The notes beneath the pieces were generated by a model. It did not search any database. It was not told the origin of the DNA and saw only the letters and a program-made list of their open reading frames with translations. 32,000 bases of DNA. Origin: Candidatus Nanopusillus sp. GTDB taxonomy: Archaea > Nanobdellota > Nanobdellia > Nanobdellales > Nanobdellaceae. The position numbers were made by a program, and so were the translations under genes. This document shows positions 9,555-17,737 of the stretch, piece by piece. The first letter of the stretch is position 1, and every line of letters begins with the position of its first letter. Where the stretch lies: NCBI GenBank assembly GCA_049414405.1, contig JBMSAQ010000038.1, positions 1,191 through 33,190 of the forward strand. Direction: 5' to 3'.

Positions 9555-10537
9555 TGATGAAAAAAATAGTAATATTGGGGACTTCATCTTCAATACCTAC
9601 TGAAAGTAGAAATCATCCAGGGATATTTATAAAATTCAATAAGAAAGGAATTTTATTAGATTGTGGAGAAAATATACAGAGGCAATTAAGGATAATGAAA
9701 ATCTCACCAACAGATATTGATTACATATTAATTACACATTGGCATGGGGATCATGTACTAGGATTACCAGGTATTTTTCAAAGTTTATCTAGCATGAATT
9801 ATAATAAAGAATTAAATATAATAATTCCGAAAGAAAATATAAAAAACTTAAGAAGAATAATTGAAGATTTTATTATCCCAATAAACTTTGACATAAGTAT
9901 AATAGAAGCTAGAGAAGGCCTAATAGTTGATGAAGAAGATTTTCAAATATATGGAATAATGACAAAACATTCCATAACTTCCTATTCATATTATATTATA
10001 GAAAAAGATTATATTAAACTAGATAAGAATTTATTAAAAAAATATAATATAAAAGATAAAGAATTAATTAAAAAATTAAAGGAGGGTAAAGAAATTGAAA
10101 TAGACGGTAAAATAATATCTTATAAGGAGATTGGACATATAAAGAAAGGAATTAAAATTACATATATTACTGATACGATATTTTTTGATAAATTAATCGA
10201 TTTTGCAAAAGATAGTACAATATTAATATCAGAATCTACTTATTTTTTCCAACCAGATTTAGCAAAAAAGAATATGCATATGGATTTTTTAGAAGTTAGA
10301 GAAATATTTAATAGGAGTAGTAGCAAGATATTATTATTGACACATTTTAGTCAGAGATATGAAAAGGAAATGGAAAATATAAGGAAGGATATTGAAGAAA
10401 AAAATGAAAATATCTGTATATTAGATGATTTTGATGAGATAAATATATACAAAAATAAAGTAGAATTAAAATTAAAGAGAAAGAAAATTGCTTACAAATA
10501 TGATGAAAAAACTGGAGAAGTACTAAGACTCTATTAA
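9554..10537 (+). CDS. rnz: Ribonuclease Z (tRNA 3' endonuclease, metallo-beta-lactamase fold)
   Basis: N-terminus MMKKIVILGTSSSIPTESRNHPGIFI..LLDCGENIQRQL and the His motif ITHWHGDH. The track ORF starts at TTG 9542. I prefer ATG 9554, which overlaps the GT2 stop codon by one base (TAATG). Confidence 0.85.
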   Translation: MMKKIVILGTSSSIPTESRNHPGIFIKFNKKGILLDCGENIQRQLRIMKISPTDIDYILITHWHGDHVLGLPGIFQSLSSMNYNKELNIIIPKENIKNLRRIIEDFIIPINFDISIIEAREGLIVDEEDFQIYGIMTKHSITSYSYYIIEKDYIKLDKNLLKKYNIKDKELIKKLKEGKEIEIDGKIISYKEIGHIKKGIKITYITDTIFFDKLIDFAKDSTILISESTYFFQPDLAKKNMHMDFLEVREIFNRSSSKILLLTHFSQRYEKEMENIRKDIEEKNENICILDDFDEINIYKNKVELKLKRKKIAYKYDEKTGEVLRLY

Positions 10538-10963
10538 TTTTTTCAATTCTTTCTTTAATTCTTCTAACTCAGCAGATATCTCATCTAATTCTTTTTTAAT
10601 TTGATCATCTTTTTTGTTATTTTCTTCTTTTATTACTTCAATCTTTAGTTTCTTCTTTGCTTTCTTTTTTTCTTTAATTTCTAATTTATTTAGTTCCTCA
10701 AAATTAATCTCTTTATATAATTCTTCTATCTCCTTTGTCTCTGGTAATGAATTCAATAGTTCATCTATTATATCATTTATAGACCTCACATTTTCCAATA
10801 GTTTATCCAATCTATTGCTTCTAACTTCATGATCTTTTATATTATGCAATACATCATATAATTGTAAATATATATTTTTCTTTATTCTTTTAATTATCCT
10901 CAATATATCTTTCTCAGATTTTATTTCAACATATAGATTGTCTAGGGACATTTTATGAACCAT
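10523..10963 (-). CDS. K/E-rich coiled-coil protein, function unknown
   Basis: 146-aa ORF, strongly helical and charged (..KKKAKKKLKIEVIKEENNKKDDQIKKELDEISAELEELKKELKKLIES). It starts 4 nt after the tRNA-Gly 3' end. Its 3' end overlaps the rnz 3' end by 15 nt (convergent). An alternative start exists at Met5. Confidence 0.5.
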   Translation of the reverse strand: MVHKMSLDNLYVEIKSEKDILRIIKRIKKNIYLQLYDVLHNIKDHEVRSNRLDKLLENVRSINDIIDELLNSLPETKEIEELYKEINFEELNKLEIKEKKKAKKKLKIEVIKEENNKKDDQIKKELDEISAELEELKKELKKLIES

Positions 10964-10967
10964 CTTA

Positions 10968-11038
10968 TGCGCCGGCCGGGATTCGAACCCGGGTCTTAGG
11001 CTAGGCAGGCCTACATCCTACCACTAGACTACCGGCGC
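10968..11038 (-). tRNA. tRNA-Gly (anticodon GCC)
   Basis: Minus-strand read: GCGCCGG TA GTCT AGTGGTA GGAT G TAGGC CTGCCTA GCCTA AGAC CCGGG TTCGAAT CCCGG CCGGCGC A. It forms a cloverleaf with an all-G:C 7-bp acceptor stem, T-loop TTCGAAT and anticodon GCC in the 7-nt loop. No encoded CCA and no intron. Confidence 0.9.
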
Positions 11039-11046
11039 TCTCCATT

Positions 11047-11721
11047 CTATCTAAATATATCTAACACACTATTTATATTACTTTTCGATTCTTCCAATTT
11101 TTCTTTTAATCCTCTTATACTTTCTAGTCTTTTGTTTTCATCTTCTTTTAATTCGCTAACTATTTTTTCTATTTCAGACATCTTTTCTTTTAATTGCTTT
11201 AATAATTCTCTAACCCTTTTATAATCTTCTATCTTTATTAATAATTCTTTTTTTACTTCTAATGATTCTTCATCTTTTAAATGTCTTTTATGAACCTTTT
11301 CTTTAACTTTTTCTTTTAATAAAGGTTTGGTTTCCTGCAAAGGTAGTTGTTGTACTTGCTGGGCACCGATACTTGGAAATCCAAATGGTTGTTGGTTTTG
11401 GTTTCCAAATCCTCCAAATTGTTGATTGCTAGTACCTTGAGCTACTCCAAAACTTGTTTGTTGACCCATTTCAGCGAATGATTGTTGACTAAACCCTTGA
11501 TTTCCAAATGTTAGTTGCTGGTTTTGGTTTCCAAATCCTCCAAAGCTACCCGGGTTTGTATTATAATCATAGAGATTTTGGCTAGTTCCTGGCATACCAT
11601 AATTACCACCCATATCCATTGACATACCACCCATCCCCCCAAGTTGGTTTTTTAAATTATCCAGATCTCCATAAAATTCCCCCTCATTCTTATTCTTTTT
11701 CTTAAATAAACCCACTGCCAT
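11047..11721 (-). CDS. Q/N/G/F-rich low-complexity protein with C-terminal coiled coil, function unknown
   Basis: 224 aa. Residues about 27-125 are dominated by G, Q, N, F, S and M (GGMGGMSMDMGGNYGMPG; FGGFGNQNQQ occurs twice). The C-terminal 90 aa are a charged helical region (KELLIKIEDYKRVRELLKQLKEKMSEIEKIVSELKEDENKRLESIRGLKEKLEE). Confidence 0.6.
   Translation of the reverse strand: MAVGLFKKKNKNEGEFYGDLDNLKNQLGGMGGMSMDMGGNYGMPGTSQNLYDYNTNPGSFGGFGNQNQQLTFGNQGFSQQSFAEMGQQTSFGVAQGTSNQQFGGFGNQNQQPFGFPSIGAQQVQQLPLQETKPLLKEKVKEKVHKRHLKDEESLEVKKELLIKIEDYKRVRELLKQLKEKMSEIEKIVSELKEDENKRLESIRGLKEKLEESKSNINSVLDIFR
11393..11544. repeat. Perfect 26-nt direct repeat inside the Q/N-rich gene
   Basis: tggttttggtttccaaatcctccaaa occurs at 11393-11418 and again at 11519-11544, 126 nt (42 codons) apart. 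On the minus strand it encodes the duplicated FGGFGNQNQ peptide. Confidence 0.9.
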
Positions 11722-11757
11722 ATAATATAATTAACAAGTCATAAAATATAAATTTTA

Positions 11758-14571
11758 TTATTCAAAAAATACAATAGCTGGTTTGTATGGCATTGCCCTA
11801 CCTTTTTTTGATTCTTTTGATTCTTCTTCATATTCTATAATTATATCTCTGACATTTAATTCGGATTTAAATAAAGCTACAGCACAATTTAATAGCTCAT
11901 ATTCTTTTTCTCTATTCAAAAACTCATCAAGCACATATATATTTCTCTTTACAAACAACAATATGTCTTTATAATTTTGATACTCATTCAGAAATTCATC
12001 AATCCAGCTTTTATTATTTCTTAATTTATTAAATAATTCATATTTTTCTTTACTTGCTATTATTATTTTTATTTTATTAAATTTTTTGTTATTCATTAAT
12101 ATTTTTAACTTTATTAGATCATCCCTTACAGATTTTACATATTTTTCATATTTTTCGTATTCATCTGTATAACTTAAATTTTCTGGATATTTTATATTAA
12201 ATGGATCTAAACCAATTTTTTCAAATATTTCAGAAATAATATGAGGGACTATTGGGTACAAAAATATAGCTTTATATTCAATATATTTGTTTATAATTAT
12301 TCCATTTATCTTGTTCAAAGATCTCTTTAAGTACCATTCAAAAGAATTGTCTAATTCAAATATCTTATTAATAACATTCATATAATTTAATTTTTCATAT
12401 TCATCTTCAATTTCCTTTGCTAATTTATTTAACTTATTTTCAAACCACAGATCAATATAACTTTTTTCGTATTCTTGATATTTGTTGTAATTTTCTATTG
12501 AATAATTATAAAATGATATTAGATATTTCGTAACAAATTCTGATTTATTTAAGTCTATCTTTGCATCATCATAAGATGAATTTGTTGACATTGCAATAAT
12601 AAATCTTATTATATCCGCAGAATATTTTCTTAAAGCATCTCTTAGTGATATATAATTTCCTAAAGATTTAGACATTTTTCTTCCTAATACATCTACAGCA
12701 TATCCGTTTATAGCAATTCCTCTTGGCCAATATTTTTTATCAAATGTTGCAACATGATGAAATATATAGAAACATAGATGATTTGGGATTAAATCTTTTC
12801 CAGAACTTCTTAAATCAATAGGATACCAATATTCAAATTCTTCCTTCATCTTTTTCACAATATTTCCATATTTCCTTATTATTTCCTCTTCATTTCCTTT
12901 ATTCAAAAATATATAATCAAATAAATCATCTTCAATTTTATTTGGATCTATATTTTTTATTAAATGGGCAATTGTATAAAATGCCATATATATTGTAGAA
13001 TCTGATAATGATTCTATGACCCAAGATTTATCCCAAGGTAGATATGTTCCCAATTCATCCTTATTATGTGCACATGCCCAATCTTTTAACCAATCAATCT
13101 TCTGATGAAAATCTTGTTTTATGTAATCAGGATAAAAGTTCATATTATCTATACATTCATGAGCAAGTTTTTTCCATTCAGAATCTGAATATTTTAAGAA
13201 CCATTGGTTATCTATGATTTTTACAATGCATAAGTTCCCATATCTAGATTCGAATCTTGGCTTTAATGTATAATGTACTTTTGCTATATTTTTTTCTATA
13301 AAATCTTTAGCTATATTATCCTTGGCTTCATATATTTTCATACCACTATATTTTCCAAAAACATCTGTTAATATTCCATTATAATATTCTAAAGAATATA
13401 TTTCTCTTGTTGCTTCTTCTAATTTTTGTACATCTTTCTGACTATTTATTTTCATTTTTTCAACAATCTCTTTTGCCGGTATATTATATCCAGGAACATT
13501 GAATAAAACTTTCATGCCATCTAAACATTTCTTTGCTATCTCTTTGTATTCTGTATCTAATAGATCTATTAATCCAATATAATCATATGGGGCATGAGAT
13601 GGAACACTCATGACAATACCACTTCCAGTCTTTATATCTACAAATTCTGCGGGCAATATTGGTAATTCTTCATTTGTTAATGGATTTATACATTTTTTTC
13701 CTATTAATTCTTTAACATTAATATCTTTAATTTTTTCTAATTTATATCTTTGTGCATTAAATTCCTCAACAATTATTGTATCTGGTAATATATATTTATT
13801 ACCACTTTCTTTATCTAAGTATATTGAATATTTTTCATTTGGATTTATCCATATATTAGTCACCCCATATAATGTTTCTGGCCTCAAAGTAAATACAGGT
13901 AATATTATATCTTCATCTTTTAATTTAAATAAAATTATATAACCTTCTGTAGGACCTATTCCAGCATATTCATCCGCCCTATCATGGTCTCCAACAGGTA
14001 TATTTACAACTGGATCATACACTACAGGATGCTTTCCAGTTATAACTAGACCTTTCTCTTTCAATTTTCTATATTGCCATTCTATAAATTTATTATACCA
14101 TGGATGTAAATATGTTGTATAAAATTTTCTTCTCCAATCTATTGAACATCCCAAATTTTTTATATCTTCCTCAGCTTTTTCTACAAAGTATAGAGCCCAT
14201 CCTGCTGGATCCTTTAATTTTTCTATATCTTCATCAGAAACACCTTCATCTTTTAATTCTTTTATAAGTTTTTTATCCTCCTTTCTTAATTTCCATGATT
14301 TTGCAACAATTGGAGATCCAGTTAAATGAAAACCTTGAGGAAATAATACATTATAACCTTTTAATCTCTTATACCTAGCAATAATATCTACTCTGGTTAA
14401 AGATAAGGCAGTACCAATATGAAGAAATCCACTTACATATGGGTAAGGAAATGTAACAAAAAATTTTGGCTTTTCTTTATCAGGATTTGGGTAATATACG
14501 TGTCTTTCATCCCAGATCTTTTGCCATTTTTTCTCTACCTCTTTAAAGAATTTTATATTATTTTCATTCAT
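11758..14571 (-). CDS. leuS: Leucine--tRNA ligase, archaeal type
   Basis: 937 aa. The N-terminal FVTFPYPYVSGFLHIGTALSLTRVDIIARYKRLKGYNVLFPQGFHLTGSPI aligns by eye to archaeal LeuRS. KMSKS is present (GRKMSKSLGN). The HIGH motif reads HIGT. Confidence 0.9.
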   Translation of the reverse strand: MNENNIKFFKEVEKKWQKIWDERHVYYPNPDKEKPKFFVTFPYPYVSGFLHIGTALSLTRVDIIARYKRLKGYNVLFPQGFHLTGSPIVAKSWKLRKEDKKLIKELKDEGVSDEDIEKLKDPAGWALYFVEKAEEDIKNLGCSIDWRRKFYTTYLHPWYNKFIEWQYRKLKEKGLVITGKHPVVYDPVVNIPVGDHDRADEYAGIGPTEGYIILFKLKDEDIILPVFTLRPETLYGVTNIWINPNEKYSIYLDKESGNKYILPDTIIVEEFNAQRYKLEKIKDINVKELIGKKCINPLTNEELPILPAEFVDIKTGSGIVMSVPSHAPYDYIGLIDLLDTEYKEIAKKCLDGMKVLFNVPGYNIPAKEIVEKMKINSQKDVQKLEEATREIYSLEYYNGILTDVFGKYSGMKIYEAKDNIAKDFIEKNIAKVHYTLKPRFESRYGNLCIVKIIDNQWFLKYSDSEWKKLAHECIDNMNFYPDYIKQDFHQKIDWLKDWACAHNKDELGTYLPWDKSWVIESLSDSTIYMAFYTIAHLIKNIDPNKIEDDLFDYIFLNKGNEEEIIRKYGNIVKKMKEEFEYWYPIDLRSSGKDLIPNHLCFYIFHHVATFDKKYWPRGIAINGYAVDVLGRKMSKSLGNYISLRDALRKYSADIIRFIIAMSTNSSYDDAKIDLNKSEFVTKYLISFYNYSIENYNKYQEYEKSYIDLWFENKLNKLAKEIEDEYEKLNYMNVINKIFELDNSFEWYLKRSLNKINGIIINKYIEYKAIFLYPIVPHIISEIFEKIGLDPFNIKYPENLSYTDEYEKYEKYVKSVRDDLIKLKILMNNKKFNKIKIIIASKEKYELFNKLRNNKSWIDEFLNEYQNYKDILLFVKRNIYVLDEFLNREKEYELLNCAVALFKSELNVRDIIIEYEEESKESKKGRAMPYKPAIVFFE

Positions 14572-14625
14572 AAAGTAGTTTAAATATAAAAATACTTTTA
14601 AAATTATTTTTTATGATTTTATTAA
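14572..14625. promoter_or_regulatory. Divergent leuS / rps3ae promoter region with a central palindromic TATA element
   Basis: 54-nt spacer. TTTTAAAA at 14596-14603 is centred about 28 nt from the leuS ATG (14571, minus) and about 27 nt from the rps3ae ATG (14626, plus). A-rich tracts flank it on both sides. Confidence 0.4.
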
Positions 14626-15243
14626 ATGGCGTATAGTAAAAAGTATGCTGATTGGAGTAAAAAGGTATGGGTGGATATATATGCACCTGTAGAAATTTTT
14701 AATGAAAATAAAATTGGAGAAACACCGGTATATAAAGACAATGTTGAAAATGTTATTGGAAGATTGATAGATTTGAATCTTGCATTCGTATTAAATAATT
14801 TTAAATATCAAAATTATAAGGTTATTTTTCGAATAAATAAAATATCTGGACTGAAAGCATACACAGAAGTAAAGGAAATAATGTTATATCCATCATATAT
14901 AAGAAGAATAACTAGAAAAGGAACATCAAAGATAGAAGATTCATTTATAGTAAAAACAAGTGATGGATACGAAGTAAGGATAAAATCATTAGTTATTACA
15001 AGATTTAAAGCTCATAGATCACAAAAAACTGAAATAAGGAAAACATACAGAAAATATTTGGAAGAAAAAGCTTCTTCATTAAAATATTATGAGCTAATTG
15101 AAAAAGCAATAAATTATGACCTACAAAATGAAATAAAGCCAATATTGAACAAAATATTTCCAGTTAATAATGTTGAAATGAGGAGAATAACAAAAATAAG
15201 CAAGGTTAATCGGAAAATTCTACAAACAGTAGAAAATAAATAA
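14626..15243 (+). CDS. rps3ae: Ribosomal protein eS1 (S3Ae)
   Basis: 205 aa. KKVWVDIYAPVEIFNENKIGETP ... IGRLIDLNL ... KTSDGYEVRIKSLVITR ... SQKTEIRKTY ... IFPVNNVEMRRITK follows the S3Ae family pattern. Confidence 0.85.
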   Translation: MAYSKKYADWSKKVWVDIYAPVEIFNENKIGETPVYKDNVENVIGRLIDLNLAFVLNNFKYQNYKVIFRINKISGLKAYTEVKEIMLYPSYIRRITRKGTSKIEDSFIVKTSDGYEVRIKSLVITRFKAHRSQKTEIRKTYRKYLEEKASSLKYYELIEKAINYDLQNEIKPILNKIFPVNNVEMRRITKISKVNRKILQTVENK

Positions 15244-16392
15244 TTATTTTTTAATTTCTATTAAAAATCCTTTAAGATATGATAATTCTTTGTGAGGAAA
15301 TATGACTTTATGATCTAAAGCTTGATTAAATTTATACAATATTTCAAATTTTTTATTTTTTCTTCTTATTAATGTTCTAATTAATGAATAAAATTTTCTT
15401 TCATTCAAATCTTGAGAACATGAGAATGTTATTAAATATCCTTCATCAATTAGGTCTAAAGCAATAGAATTTATTAATATAAAACTTCTAATTCCCTTTT
15501 CATAATCTTCTGCTAATAAATCTGGAGGATCTAATATTATTATATCAAATTTTCTTTTTTCTAAATAAAATTGCTTTAATATTTTATATGCATTACCATT
15601 TATGACATTATAATTTTCTATATTATTTAATTTCAAATTCTTATATAACATACTAGCAGCTTCTTTATTTTTTTCAACAAAATATTTTTCTTCCCCATTA
15701 ATAATTATGCCAAAAGATCCTGAATACGAAAATACATCCAAAATCTTATCTCCATATAATTGACTAACGATCTTTCTATTTTCTCTTTGATCCAAAAACC
15801 ATCCTGTTTTTTGTCCTTTTAATATATTTATATAAAATTTTTTATTGACTTCCTCTATTTCAGTCTCATATTTATTCCCATAAATAAACCTTTCTATAGG
15901 TTTTAAATAAGCTCTTTCTCTCTGTTTTCCAATACTTTTCTCATAAATAGTAATATCTTTTCCATATATATCTATTAATGCATTCTTGAGTAGGTTTATA
16001 TTCTTATCAAAAAAGGCATTTGAATTTTGTATTACAAATATATCATTATATTTATCTATGATTAAACCAGATAAGAAATCAGATTCTGAATATACTAATC
16101 TATAATGATTTTTATAATTTATTCTTTTTTCTCTATATTCTCTTGCCTTTTTTATTTTTTCCTTTATCTCATTATATACATCTATGTCTTCATTATACGA
16201 AAATATTCTAATATAATGATATGGGTCTTTTGGATTTATTACTCCCCAAGCTAGAAAATTATTATTATATTTTAATTTAACCAATTCGCCAGGCTCAGCT
16301 TCAATCCTTTTAACCCAATTTACAGAAAAAACATGTCTTCCTTTTTTTATCTCTCTCTTTACTCTTTCTCCAATTTCAATTTCATATTGCAT
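15244..16392 (-). CDS. SAM-dependent RNA methyltransferase with N-terminal PUA-like domain (RlmI/PH1915-like)
   Basis: 382 aa. SAM motif I is ILDVFSYSGSFG and motif IV is DIIILDPP. The N-terminal part resembles PUA-containing rRNA m5C methyltransferases. Its stop codon abuts the rps3ae stop (TAATTA at 15241-15246). Its start overlaps the upstream gene by 11 nt. Confidence 0.75.
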   Translation of the reverse strand: MQYEIEIGERVKREIKKGRHVFSVNWVKRIEAEPGELVKLKYNNNFLAWGVINPKDPYHYIRIFSYNEDIDVYNEIKEKIKKAREYREKRINYKNHYRLVYSESDFLSGLIIDKYNDIFVIQNSNAFFDKNINLLKNALIDIYGKDITIYEKSIGKQRERAYLKPIERFIYGNKYETEIEEVNKKFYINILKGQKTGWFLDQRENRKIVSQLYGDKILDVFSYSGSFGIIINGEEKYFVEKNKEAASMLYKNLKLNNIENYNVINGNAYKILKQFYLEKRKFDIIILDPPDLLAEDYEKGIRSFILINSIALDLIDEGYLITFSCSQDLNERKFYSLIRTLIRRKNKKFEILYKFNQALDHKVIFPHKELSYLKGFLIEIKK

Positions 16393-17713
16393 ACTCTGTC
16401 GATAACATTAAATAATACAAACCTGAATCTATATTACCCATATTTATTAAATCTTTCCCAAATTGTAAATAATTATAGGAAGTTATAGAAAATCCATATT
16501 TATTATAATAGTAATAATTTAACTGTTCTATCGCTTTTATGGTGTAATTACTAACATAATTTGTACTATTTGATATGTAGAGAAAATATAAATTGGATAA
16601 ATAGTTTCTTTTTTCAAAACAAGATAAATTTGATGGTAATTGATATTTATATAGATATTGCATTAATGCATATTGCTGATCTATTAGTGAACATCGATTT
16701 TCTTTATATATGCTATTTGTTATTGATAAAAATTGCGCCCAACCAACTGCAGAGCGATATCTCCAATATGATTGCTGTAAATTATTTAATGTTTTGTTAG
16801 CTTCTCCTAGTCTTAGTATTACTTGATATTTTATTTCTTCACATTCGTAATTTCCAAAACACTGATAATTACTTATATAATTATAAAAATTTGTTATGTT
16901 TTTTTCTAATTCTTCTTTAGTTATGTTAGGATAAAATTTTGGATCTGTAACTTTTTTTTCAAAACATAAACTTGCTGCTGTATAATAATTTCCCGAAGAG
17001 ATGTAGTAATTTATAGTATCATTGTGTATTCCTTTACATATTTCATTCGTTATATTTTTCATGACACGAATATAATCTTGAGGAACATTATAAGTATAAT
17101 TGACTTGTTTTCCTAGATATATTCTTTTTAAATCGAGTATAGTATATGCAGGGATTATTTTAGGGTTATTATAATATGGGGCTACCATATATGGAAAATG
17201 TTGTAGAGTTGCATTTAGTTTATATTCAATACCTTCAACTGGTGCTATTATGCCATTTGGCAACATAAAACCGGTAATTGGATAATTAACTATTGCAGTT
17301 TTATTCGATAAAGCTTGTAAAACAAGTAAAGTTAATCCTGCAGTGCCTGAAAATCCCTCCGCAAATAGTACATCATCTGAGCTAAAATAATAATCATAAT
17401 CGTTACACTTATCTGGATATATATTGCATGCAGCAACCTTGGGAAATAGATATGCTAAATCATAATCTCCATAAGATATCGGAGGAATCCTTGCATATAC
17501 ATTTCCAGAACCTGGAGATATTTTTAAGAAAAATTGAGTAACTTCTCCAGATAAATTATTTGATTGATTTAAAACTGCTGGAATATAAACAGAATATTCC
17601 CCATTATAATAGAAGCTAATCTCTCTCAAATTTGATAAAGATATTAAAGATAATACTGCTGTAAATGCTAATAAAACCATAATTACTTTATATAACGAAA
17701 TTTTCCCGTTCAT
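16382..17713 (-). CDS. Membrane-anchored extracytoplasmic protein with a Lon-protease-like (Ser-Lys dyad) domain and a Cys/sequon-rich C-terminal region
   Basis: 443 aa with an N-terminal anchor (LYKVIMVLLAFTAVLSLISL). Residues 119-165, EGFSGTAGLTLLVLQALSNKTAIVNYPITGFMLPNGIIAPVEGIEYK, align without gaps to the E. coli Lon segment [47 protein letters not shown]. The catalytic Ser (S122), TG, G, P, G and catalytic Lys (K165) all fall in register. There are about 13 N-x-S/T sequons and many Cys. Confidence 0.6.
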   Translation of the reverse strand: MNGKISLYKVIMVLLAFTAVLSLISLSNLREISFYYNGEYSVYIPAVLNQSNNLSGEVTQFFLKISPGSGNVYARIPPISYGDYDLAYLFPKVAACNIYPDKCNDYDYYFSSDDVLFAEGFSGTAGLTLLVLQALSNKTAIVNYPITGFMLPNGIIAPVEGIEYKLNATLQHFPYMVAPYYNNPKIIPAYTILDLKRIYLGKQVNYTYNVPQDYIRVMKNITNEICKGIHNDTINYYISSGNYYTAASLCFEKKVTDPKFYPNITKEELEKNITNFYNYISNYQCFGNYECEEIKYQVILRLGEANKTLNNLQQSYWRYRSAVGWAQFLSITNSIYKENRCSLIDQQYALMQYLYKYQLPSNLSCFEKRNYLSNLYFLYISNSTNYVSNYTIKAIEQLNYYYYNKYGFSITSYNYLQFGKDLINMGNIDSGLYYLMLSTEYAI

Positions 17714-17737
17714 TCTTATTCAAATGAAAGAAAATAT

